A DNA stretch of 62,527 nucleotides from Phycisphaerae bacterium. Its GTDB lineage: Bacteria; Planctomycetota; Phycisphaerae; Phycisphaerales; SM1A02. Made by a program: the position numbers and the translations under genes. Below the pieces are notes generated by a model. The model ran no database searches. It was not told where the DNA came from and saw only the letters and a program-made list of their open reading frames with translations. The DNA lies in the NCBI GenBank assembly GCA_002705085.1, contig PAHO01000045.1:1-62527 (forward strand), in the 5' to 3' direction. This document shows positions 45,043-52,440 of the stretch, piece by piece; the stretch's first letter is position 1, and the number at the start of each line of letters is the position of its first letter.

Positions 45043-46052
45043 TTTTTGTCATCAGTATCAAGGAACCGACGGAGTCGATTGGAATCCAATCGATACAGCT
45101 CAGCCGGGCGACCCCGACCCTCAGATTTGGTTTCGCCAAGGTCATCCAATGCCCCAAAGGCAATCAGTTCTGAGATACGTCTTCGGAAGTTTCCTCGATC
45201 GATGGTTTCATCGAGCATCAATTCAAAGAACTGACGGAGTTCTGGCAAAGTGAATGTTTTTGGGAGCAACATCGCCAGGGGGTGTGGACGCTCAGCGGGT
45301 TTGCTGTCGGCCGCCATTAGTTCATACAGACGGCCAATCCGTTCTTTGGAATCAGCTGACTCATCCAACAAGTCTTCGTCAGATGGCATTTGATCTGGAG
45401 CGGGAGATTCTGAACTGGTTTGCATGAACCCTCTCACGAAATCTCGACTCTGGGGCGGATCAATTGTTGCCTCCATGATGCGCTGCATGCGGCGCTGGAA
45501 GTGCCGTGCAACCGCACCGCCTCGGGCCAAATCATCAATACGCGCTCGCAACAAAGGTGGAGGAATGATGCGACGGGTCAATGGATCTTCAAGAACACGC
45601 CGAAGCAACCGGCCGATTCCAGCGGTGGCAATCTTGTCATGATCGAATCCCAAATTGGGGAGGTCTTCGATGTCAAACCAGCGGGCATCAGCCGCATCGG
45701 TGTTCGCCTGGAGTTGTTCAGCCTTGGGATCGTCACCAGGGACGACCGCCAGAAACGAAATACTGATGATCGGCCCACGTGGATCCCGCTTCGGTTCGGA
45801 ATACACTTTCATTTGTTCGAGATGGAGGTGACGGATGTCGAAGCCTGTCTCTTCAATCATCTCTCGCGTGGCTGCCGCTGATACGGTTTCATCTGAACCA
45901 ACGAACCCGCCGGGCAGCACCCACTGCCCCTGGAACGGGGGATATTTTCGCTTCACCAGCAAAATGTGCAGTCGTCCACCCACCAATCGGAAGGTTGCGA
46001 TGTCGACCGCAACGGGGCGGGTGGGAATTGGGGGTGCATCGGATGAACGCAT
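45039..46052 (-). CDS. nrtR: NrtR-family regulator (Nudix hydrolase domain plus C-terminal winged-helix DNA-binding domain)
   Basis: Within ORF 45039..46130 (-), the start is the Met at 46052 (MRSSDAPPIP...). The Nudix box is intact: GFVGSDETVSAAATREMIEETGF. The C-terminal block PKTFTLPELRQFFELMLDETIDRGNFRRRISELIAFGALDDLGETKSEGRGRPAELYRL matches the NrtR winged-HTH consensus. Confidence 0.65.
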   Translation of the reverse strand: MRSSDAPPIPTRPVAVDIATFRLVGGRLHILLVKRKYPPFQGQWVLPGGFVGSDETVSAAATREMIEETGFDIRHLHLEQMKVYSEPKRDPRGPIISISFLAVVPGDDPKAEQLQANTDAADARWFDIEDLPNLGFDHDKIATAGIGRLLRRVLEDPLTRRIIPPPLLRARIDDLARGGAVARHFQRRMQRIMEATIDPPQSRDFVRGFMQTSSESPAPDQMPSDEDLLDESADSKERIGRLYELMAADSKPAERPHPLAMLLPKTFTLPELRQFFELMLDETIDRGNFRRRISELIAFGALDDLGETKSEGRGRPAELYRLDSNRLRRFLDTDDKK

Positions 46053-46222
46053 GGGATGAAGGTGCCAGATATTCACCGAATAGGCAAGGTTAAACTGACA
46101 ACAACAAACAGTCTTGATGCGGGCCAACATAGAAACTCATCGCAACGAAAAGCCAAAAAAACCGCCTCAAAAGCCAAAAATCGATGTTTCGTAGAGAATT
46201 TGGAACAATTTGACAAAAAGAC

Positions 46223-46251
46223 TTGAACCGTAGAAACATTTTTGTTATATT
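46223..46251 (+). promoter_or_regulatory. Candidate sigma70-type promoter (TTGAAC-N17-TATATT) inside an AT-rich island
   Basis: TTGAAC lies at 46223-46228, followed by a 17-nt spacer and TATATT at 46246-46251. A second TTGACA lies at 46210-46215. The surrounding ~150 nt are strikingly AT-rich relative to the rest of the window. Confidence 0.35.
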
Positions 46252-46592
46252 GATACTTAATTCATCACCAGAAGTGTTCTGGGTCACGGCAAATGTGCGA
46301 AATTGCCCTGGCTTGGAGCCACGTCCCAACTTCAGGTGTGCGGCGTATGCCCGCTTCACTTTGTTGGCTGGGGCCGTTCGTTGGTCTGACTGACGAACTT
46401 TGGCTTGGCTGTGTTTGGCTAGGCGTTTGGATCACTGGCGTACCTCGAATCTTTGGGATGTTCCAAATGGTTCGTGCCGCCTGTGGGGGCAACCAGCGGA
46501 TCCCAGCGCTTTTTGGCAAACAGGCCTGCATTTTGAAGTGGTGAACAGATGGCATTTCATCGCCCATGGCGGTGGGGGCTATCGCATGGCCC

Positions 46593-46616
46593 GACCCCAT
46601 GTTGGGGTCCATTTTT
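46593..46616 (+). terminator. Terminator/attenuator-like hairpin plus U-tract immediately 5' of the VWA gene RBS
   Basis: The hairpin gacccca-tgt-tggggtc (46593-46609) is followed by cattttt. AGGAG then lies at 46617-46621 and the ATG at 46630. Confidence 0.35.
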
Positions 46617-46629
46617 AGGAGTTCATCCC

Positions 46630-48108
46630 ATGTCAGATTCATCTTCCACATCCAATTCATTTTCCATCAGTGGTCAAGTCACTTCTTGGCCACTGTCCGA
46701 GGAACGTCCGATGGCTTCCATCTTGATTGATTTGAAAGCTCCAGAGTTCCCAGCCAACACATCTCGGCCTGGTCTTGATGTCACTTTTGTTATTGATCGC
46801 TCAGGGTCCATGAGCGGTGGTCCACTTCAAGCAGCGACCAACGCTGTGGCGGACGTCTTGGAAACACTGCCCAAAGGCGACCGCTCAGGGGTGGTCTTGT
46901 TTGATTCATCCGTTGAAACCATGCTGGACGCCACTGCTGGCGGGGAGGGGCAGGCCCGGAAGCAAACCGCCGATCTTCTCCGACAAGTTTGTCCAGGGGG
47001 CTGCACTTTTCTCAGCGGAGGTTGGACCGCCGGAGCCAATCAATTGTCCAAGTTGGCTGAAGGCTCCGATGCAGAAGGTCGGGTTCGGCAGGTCATCCTC
47101 CTGACCGATGGTCATGGCAACGAGGGAGAAACCAACCCAGAGCAGTTGCACGCTCATGCCGACCGCGCCCTTCAACAAAGCGTTCAAACCAGCTGCATTG
47201 GTGTTGGTGACCATTACATGCCGTTGCAGGTGCAGGCGTTGGCCGACGGAGGGGCAGGACGATTGCACCATGCGACCGACAAACATGAGCTGGTCCAAGC
47301 ACTCCTTGAAGAAGTTCAATCTGCTGGACACATGATGCTTTCTCAAGCCACTTTGGTGGTTGATATTCCGGAGGGTCTGCAGGTGGAATGCTACGGCGTG
47401 AATGGTTTGCACCGCCGGCCTGACGCTCTTGAAATCCCTGTTGGTGGCATGTTGGCCGGGGCAACACGAACCATTGCGTTGTTTGTGAGCCGGTCCGATT
47501 CGGACTCTTCTTCGGAAAAAGAAAAGCTTCCGACGGTCTTGAAGATGCAGTGGAAAGGCAAGCCCGTGCATGAGGATCAGGAGCCACTCAATCTCCACTA
47601 TGAGCTTGAGTTGCAAGAACAACCGGTGAACCTATCACTGGTGGATCAAGCCGCGAAGGTGTGGTCCAGTGCGATGATGAACCATTACGCCAGCCGAGAA
47701 CATGTCCAGTTTGACGCGTCAGCATTTGATCAAACGCTTTCTATGTTCCAGAAGTTTGTGCAAGGCACCGACCAAGCAGAATCTCTCGTGGGTGATCTTC
47801 AGGTGATGAAGGAGCGTCTCCAGTACGGCTGGGCCTCATCCTCTCGTCGTGAACTTGCGGCATTGTCCAGAAAAGACTTCCTGAACGAGTATGACGTCCG
47901 ACTTGCCAAGATGTCCAAAGCCTCGATGCTTCGTGATGCCGACGATTCGATGTACTACAACAAGCGAGTTCGCCATTTGGAGGCCCAGCTTGCTCGACTT
48001 GACCAACAGATCTTGAGCGCAAAACCATCCGAACGTGCCGAGTTGAATAAGGATCGTGCCCGCTTGGTTGACATGATTGAAATCTCGAAATCAAAATCCC
48101 GTCGCTGA
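46630..48108 (+). CDS. von Willebrand factor A (VWA) domain protein with long C-terminal coiled coil; no signal peptide
   Basis: Within ORF 46549..48108, the start is the Met at 46630, with AGGAG 9 nt upstream. The MIDAS motif is DVTFVIDRSGSMSGGPL, with later Thr/Asp MIDAS residues (LLTDGHGN). The C-terminal ~130 aa are heptad-like (RVRHLEAQLARLDQQILSAKPSERAELNKDRARLVDMIE). Confidence 0.75.
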   Translation: MSDSSSTSNSFSISGQVTSWPLSEERPMASILIDLKAPEFPANTSRPGLDVTFVIDRSGSMSGGPLQAATNAVADVLETLPKGDRSGVVLFDSSVETMLDATAGGEGQARKQTADLLRQVCPGGCTFLSGGWTAGANQLSKLAEGSDAEGRVRQVILLTDGHGNEGETNPEQLHAHADRALQQSVQTSCIGVGDHYMPLQVQALADGGAGRLHHATDKHELVQALLEEVQSAGHMMLSQATLVVDIPEGLQVECYGVNGLHRRPDALEIPVGGMLAGATRTIALFVSRSDSDSSSEKEKLPTVLKMQWKGKPVHEDQEPLNLHYELELQEQPVNLSLVDQAAKVWSSAMMNHYASREHVQFDASAFDQTLSMFQKFVQGTDQAESLVGDLQVMKERLQYGWASSSRRELAALSRKDFLNEYDVRLAKMSKASMLRDADDSMYYNKRVRHLEAQLARLDQQILSAKPSERAELNKDRARLVDMIEISKSKSRR

Positions 48109-48169
48109 ATTTTGTGCGGGTCTACCGCGCAACAAAGACAGGCCAACCCATGGATGGGTTGGACTCCAA

Positions 48170-48206
48170 CCGGCCCCGGTCTTCGGACTGGGGCCGGTTT
48201 TCGTTT
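48170..48206 (+). terminator. Strong rho-independent terminator of the VWA gene
   Basis: A 12-bp stem ccggccccggtc / gactggggccgg carries a UUCG tetraloop (48170-48197) and is followed by ttttcgttt. A second perfect palindrome ccaacccat..atgggttgg lies just upstream (48143-48162). Confidence 0.7.
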
Positions 48207-48223
48207 GGATTCTTCCGTCGGTC

Positions 48224-48604
48224 TTAAGGTGCTTCTTGAGCAAGTCGCTCAAGGACTGGCTCATCACCAGGTGGCATTTTGAAATCATGCAACTCTCTGG
48301 GCCACACCCACCGAAGTTCTTGGTGGTACAACGGCTTCGGAGATTGGTTGATGGCGATTTCGAAGAAGTGAAGTTTGAAGCGTGGGTCAATGGTGATGAC
48401 CTCAGCTTCGGCCCTGAAGACTCCGACGACACCAAGCTCTTCTTCAACCTCCCGAATCACCGCTTGTCGCGGCAATTCACCTGGTTCCACGCCACCACCA
48501 GGAAATTCCCAGTATCCGGGCAATGATCCTTCCTCTTGTCGTTGTCCGATGAGGATTTGACCGGCATCGTTTCGGATAATGGCGCAGGCAACTTCTTTGG
48601 GCAT
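48224..48604 (-). CDS. Nudix hydrolase, MutT-like (8-oxo-dGTP diphosphatase type)
   Basis: ORF 48224..48604 (-), 126 aa. The Nudix box is GYWEFPGGGVEPGELPRQAVIREVEEELGV. It has a MutT-like length. Confidence 0.75.
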   Translation of the reverse strand: MPKEVACAIIRNDAGQILIGQRQEEGSLPGYWEFPGGGVEPGELPRQAVIREVEEELGVVGVFRAEAEVITIDPRFKLHFFEIAINQSPKPLYHQELRWVWPRELHDFKMPPGDEPVLERLAQEAP

Positions 48605-48657
48605 GACAAGAGAGGCTATCGGATTGGGGAATGGCTTGCGAGTGGGCTGGGACCAAG

Positions 48658-48690
48658 AAACAAGGCTTCACCCGGGTTGAAGCCTTGTTT
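48658..48690. terminator. Perfect 13-bp palindromic hairpin between the NTF2-like gene stop and the mutT start
   Basis: The hairpin is aaacaaggcttca-cccgggt-tgaagccttgttt. On the minus strand it lies ~43 nt after the stop of gene 48733..49200. It may act as that gene's terminator, as an operator in the mutT promoter, or both. Confidence 0.4.
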
Positions 48691-48732
48691 GTGATGGTTG
48701 GGATGTCCCCCCCGAGCAGTGGGCGGCATGTG

Positions 48733-49200
48733 TCACGCCCCAGAGAAGGGCACGTGAGAGTCATGGAGGATGATCTTCAAATCCCCGTTGCTGTCACGCG
48801 TGTACCCGAACGAATATTCCACTTTCACGACATCACTTCCGTCGTGTGGTGTGAAGTAGTAGTTGCCCATGGCAAGCCCGGTGTCTCCGATGATGGTGGT
48901 GCCAATGTTCTCCCAACGGACATCAGTCCATGGCTTGATGGCAAATCCATGATCTTCTGGGAATTCGTCGTTGCCCCCAACGAAATAAGAGAGGGCCGCT
49001 TCAAAATCGAGACGAAATTGTTTGATCGAAGCGAGGGTGGGCTTGAAGAGCACCTTTCCTTCTTGGTAGTTGTAGAAGGTGTTGATGTGGTGCTCAGCGG
49101 CCGCCTTGTAGTCACCCTTTTCGAGGAAGACTCGACCAATATTGATGATGCCCTCTCCCCATTTTTTTTGTGCTTCAAGGATCTGCTCTTCCGTCATCAT
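48733..49200 (-). CDS. Hypothetical NTF2-like/SnoaL-like fold protein
   Basis: ORF 48733..49200 (-), 155 aa, MMTEEQILEAQKKWGEGII.... Third-position C/G preference is consistent with coding. The larger plus-strand ORF 48631..49230 overlapping it looks like antisense translation (Val-rich). Confidence 0.5.
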   Translation of the reverse strand: MMTEEQILEAQKKWGEGIINIGRVFLEKGDYKAAAEHHINTFYNYQEGKVLFKPTLASIKQFRLDFEAALSYFVGGNDEFPEDHGFAIKPWTDVRWENIGTTIIGDTGLAMGNYYFTPHDGSDVVKVEYSFGYTRDSNGDLKIILHDSHVPFSGA

Positions 49201-49236
49201 GCCATGTGCTCCGTTGACTTCTCAAAATGATTGCCC

Positions 49237-49264
49237 AAACCACAAGAGGTGTGGTTTTTGATTT
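49237..49264 (+). terminator. Plus-strand intrinsic terminator-like element with no obvious plus-strand gene upstream
   Basis: The hairpin aaaccaca-agagg-tgtggttt (49237-49257) is followed by ttgattt. Confidence 0.4.
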
Positions 49265-49328
49265 CGGCTGACAAGTTTATCCAGCGCGAGGTTCGGTTGA
49301 AGGCCATTCAGGTGGAAAGACAGGGTAA

Positions 49329-50159
49329 TCAAGAGGGTGCTTTTCGACTTTTGAGCCACAAGTAGGCAGGGAGTGAGCCGCATACCGAGCCGGTCACCCA
49401 CCCCAAGACCGATCCCCAAAGAGCACCGGCCCATGGCATGCTGAACGCGCAGGTCAAGGCGTAGATCGAGACGGCCACAGAACCAAGCATCATCGGCCCC
49501 GAGGCGCCAATCGGTATCGCTTTGCCTTGGGCCATCCAGGTTGCCAACATGCTGGTTAAAAAGATGGCCGGGAAGACCGACGCCATTCCAGCGGCCGTCA
49601 TCCAGCCTGCTCGACCCAGGGCAACGCCGGCAGCGATGGCCGCTCCCGCGCCAACGCCACGAAGCAACAACACCCGCAAGCCGACTCGACGATTCCCTTT
49701 GGGAGCGGGTGGTGCGTTGTGGCAGGCGCGAACGCCCAGAATCACGGTGGCCACCAGTGCGGCCACACCCACCAGCACATCTCGGGCCATATTGGGAGCA
49801 AGAGCTTCTCGAACCAAAACCAAGATCAAAGCCGCAAAGATCCAAAATCCAAGCGATAGACCCAAGGTTTCCATCAAGGCGGTTGATCGATCCCCAGCCT
49901 GAATGGGCCAAACCCTCCAAACCCCCAAAAAGGCTGCGTTCAACAACATCCCAAGCGGAATGGCAGACATGGCGGTGGCGAAGACCTCTGGTGTGGGGTC
50001 CGCGTGGAAAAGCCCCATTGAAGCGGGAACCACCGTGAGAGGGAGGGTGCCCAAGATGCCTCCAAGCTGGCCACCCAAACGTTCAATCGCCAAGGTCACC
50101 AATATGGCTGCCAAGGCGGCTGCCAATCCGGGAACCAAGATGGGGAGCAGATCATTCAT
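49329..50159 (-). CDS. Hypothetical polytopic membrane protein (two similar halves)
   Basis: ORF 49329..50159 (-), 276 aa. It has ~8 hydrophobic segments rich in Gly/Ala. I cannot name a family. Confidence 0.55.
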   Translation of the reverse strand: MNDLLPILVPGLAAALAAILVTLAIERLGGQLGGILGTLPLTVVPASMGLFHADPTPEVFATAMSAIPLGMLLNAAFLGVWRVWPIQAGDRSTALMETLGLSLGFWIFAALILVLVREALAPNMARDVLVGVAALVATVILGVRACHNAPPAPKGNRRVGLRVLLLRGVGAGAAIAAGVALGRAGWMTAAGMASVFPAIFLTSMLATWMAQGKAIPIGASGPMMLGSVAVSIYALTCAFSMPWAGALWGSVLGWVTGSVCGSLPAYLWLKSRKAPS

Positions 50160-50219
50160 TGACGAAGCGGATACGTTAGGACCGATTCATGGGGAAGCCA
50201 AATTGGGAGACCGTTCCGA

Positions 50220-50969
50220 ATGTTTGTAGTTGCATTGTCGATGGCACTGGCCGCAAACCATGAGATTGATCCCGCTGGGGCCCAATCGGCCCTGACTGTG
50301 GGAGATGGCCAGTATCAACTGGAAAGCACCGTCATTGGTTGGAATCGAACGGGTGTCACCGGACTGATGGGTCGACAGAAGAGCCTCGCCTTGGGGATCA
50401 CCACCCTGCGTATTGGGGTGGACGATGATTTTGAGTATCAGGTCGCCTTCAATGGTGTCGTCATCGATGATGAGCGTGCCGGCCAATCTGAGCAGAGCAA
50501 CGGCATCAACGACACCATCGTGGCCGCAAAATGGAATTTGTGGGGGCAAAGTGGCTCACCGACTGCTTTCGCCATCCGTGGTGCTTTGGGATTGCCCACA
50601 TCAGATTTACCCACAGCCGGCGATGACGTTGACATCATGCTCAACGCCACTTGGCATCGTCGATACCGAAGTGGTCAACAATTGGAAGTTCGACTTGATC
50701 TTGGCAACCAAGACAACAATGGCCGATTTGAAGAGACTGGCGGATTGGCTGTGAACTGGTTCGAGCCCACTTCATTTGGGGGTTGGACGTTTGACCTCAA
50801 CAACCAGGGTCTTCTTTTTGGTACGGATTACCAGCCAACGGTGAGCTTCGGCGCCGAAATTGAACTTGACCGCAGCACGGTGATCGATTTGGGCGTGCAG
50901 CAATTGTTCGACCAGGAGAACGACGACGATACGTTCGGCGCTTGGATTGGCTTTACACGTCGGTTTTGA
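50220..50969 (+). CDS. Putative outer-membrane beta-barrel protein (MetA-pathway/transporter-like)
   Basis: ORF 50220..50969. It has a signal peptide (MFVVALSMALAANHEI). The sequence alternates hydrophobic and polar residues as in beta strands. The C-terminus ends ...GFTRRF, an aromatic terminal residue typical of OMPs. Confidence 0.45.
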   Translation: MFVVALSMALAANHEIDPAGAQSALTVGDGQYQLESTVIGWNRTGVTGLMGRQKSLALGITTLRIGVDDDFEYQVAFNGVVIDDERAGQSEQSNGINDTIVAAKWNLWGQSGSPTAFAIRGALGLPTSDLPTAGDDVDIMLNATWHRRYRSGQQLEVRLDLGNQDNNGRFEETGGLAVNWFEPTSFGGWTFDLNNQGLLFGTDYQPTVSFGAEIELDRSTVIDLGVQQLFDQENDDDTFGAWIGFTRRF

Positions 50970-52383
50970 TCGCAGCTTCAATTTCTTTGTACAACTGATC
51001 CATATGGTGTTCTTCGGTGCGCCATGCTCCGATTGCCACTCGAATCCACCGGCGACCTTGGATTTCAGCGTGCGTTAGCCAGGTTTTTCGGCTGTGGTTT
51101 ATTCGTCGCTGAAGTTCTTCGGTGGAATCGTTGTCTTTGGCGGCAAAAGCAACCAAACCAAGTGTCTGCGGAACGAGCACATCCACATCGAGTTGTTTGA
51201 GCTTGTCGGCAAAACCTCGACTGAAGGCAATGTGTTTTCGAATCGTCTTTCGAAGTTGTTCGGCCCCTTCGGTGTACAAGGTGAGCCACAATTTCAGAGC
51301 TCGAAATCGTCGGCCCAAGGGGATTTGCCAGTCTCGATAATCAATGACGCCACCTTGCTCAGTGGCATCGTTTTTCAGGTACTCCGGATTGACCGACATC
51401 GCGTTGATCAAGTCATTGCGATCCGCCACCCAGAACACATCGCAATCAAAATGAACGGGGAGCCATTTGTGGGGATTGAAGCACCATGAATCAACATGTT
51501 CAATGCCTTGGTGCATTGCTCGATGTTCAGGACAGAGTGCAGCAGCACCATTCATGGCGGCATCCACATGGAGCCACATGTGTTCAGACTTGGCAATAGG
51601 GCCGATTGTTCGGAGATCATCAGAAGAACCACAGGCAGTTGTTCCAATGGTGGCCCCGACAAAAAATGGTTTCAATCCCGCAGCCTTGTCTTCTCGGATC
51701 ATTTGATCGAGGGCGTGGGCGTCCATGCCCAATAACGCATCGGTTGGAACTTTGCGGACCGAAAGACGGCCAAGACCCGCAATCATGGCCGCCCGTTCAA
51801 ACGAGGAGTGGGCCAATTCGCTGACATAGGAGACCCATCGTTGGTGTCCCACACCATGCTCACGAACAGATTCAGTTCCGGCCTTCTCTCGGGCGGCAAG
51901 CATGGCCAGAAGCGTGGCGGAAGACGCGCTGTCTTGGATGACCCCGCCGCCTTGGCCATCAATGGAAAATCGTTCGGGAAGCCCAAGCAAGATGCGAAGC
52001 CAGTCGACCACTCTTGCTTCCACCTCGGTGCAGGCTGGGCTGGTGGCCCACAGCATGCCTTGTTGCCCATACCCCGCACTCAACATGTCTCCGAACAGAC
52101 TGGCCGGGCCTCCGTTTGCCGGCCAAAACGCGTGCCAGCGCGGGGATTGCCAACCCACCAACCCGGGCTCCACCAGAGCGGTCAACTGTTCTAGCGCATC
52201 GGCAAAGGGCAAAGCTTCATCTGGCGCTTCTCGCGGCATCATTCGATCAATTGCGCCGGGCTCCACTTCCGGTCGTACTGGTGCGTTTTGCAAAGCCTCC
52301 CAATATCGAGCGATGGCTTCCAAGGTTGATGTTCCATCTGCGAAGAAATCTTCCAGATCCGATTTGCCCTGACTTCTGCTCAT
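50953..52383 (-). CDS. Group II PLP-dependent decarboxylase (aromatic-L-amino-acid decarboxylase-like)
   Basis: Within ORF 50953..52461 (-), the start is the Met at 52383 (MSRSQGKSDLEDFFADG...). The PLP-lysine motif is SWCFNPHKWL. Other DDC-family blocks are present (WQSPRWHAFWPANGG; FFVGATIGTTACGSSDDL). Confidence 0.8.
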   Translation of the reverse strand: MSRSQGKSDLEDFFADGTSTLEAIARYWEALQNAPVRPEVEPGAIDRMMPREAPDEALPFADALEQLTALVEPGLVGWQSPRWHAFWPANGGPASLFGDMLSAGYGQQGMLWATSPACTEVEARVVDWLRILLGLPERFSIDGQGGGVIQDSASSATLLAMLAAREKAGTESVREHGVGHQRWVSYVSELAHSSFERAAMIAGLGRLSVRKVPTDALLGMDAHALDQMIREDKAAGLKPFFVGATIGTTACGSSDDLRTIGPIAKSEHMWLHVDAAMNGAAALCPEHRAMHQGIEHVDSWCFNPHKWLPVHFDCDVFWVADRNDLINAMSVNPEYLKNDATEQGGVIDYRDWQIPLGRRFRALKLWLTLYTEGAEQLRKTIRKHIAFSRGFADKLKQLDVDVLVPQTLGLVAFAAKDNDSTEELQRRINHSRKTWLTHAEIQGRRWIRVAIGAWRTEEHHMDQLYKEIEAAIKTDV

Positions 52384-52440
52384 GCCCAAGCATGCTACGG
52401 GTCGATTTCGAATCGGAGCCTTCGCGTTCAGGAGATTCTC

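Noticed and set aside
46257-46629. RNase P RNA, tmRNA, SRP RNA or 6S RNA in the long leader
   Set aside because: None of the conserved blocks is present (AGGAAAGUCCGGGCUCC / ACAGAACCCGGCUUA for RNase P, GGUUCGAcUCC-type T-arm and ACCA end for tmRNA, GGAAGGAAGCAGC for SRP). 6S cannot be judged by eye.
46906-47622. ORF 46906..47622 (-) 238 aa and 47093..47587 (-)
   Set aside because: They are antisense to the VWA gene, which has a strong RBS and MIDAS motif.
48631-49230. ORF 48631..49230 (+) 199 aa
   Set aside because: It overlaps the minus-strand NTF2-like ORF. Its translation is Val-rich (VVVEGVDVVLSGRLVV), typical of antisense frames. The minus-strand ORF has coding-like third-position bias.
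49541-50038. ORFs 49522..49902 and 49541..50038 (+)
   Set aside because: They are antisense to the polytopic membrane-protein gene and have Arg/Pro-rich shadow composition.
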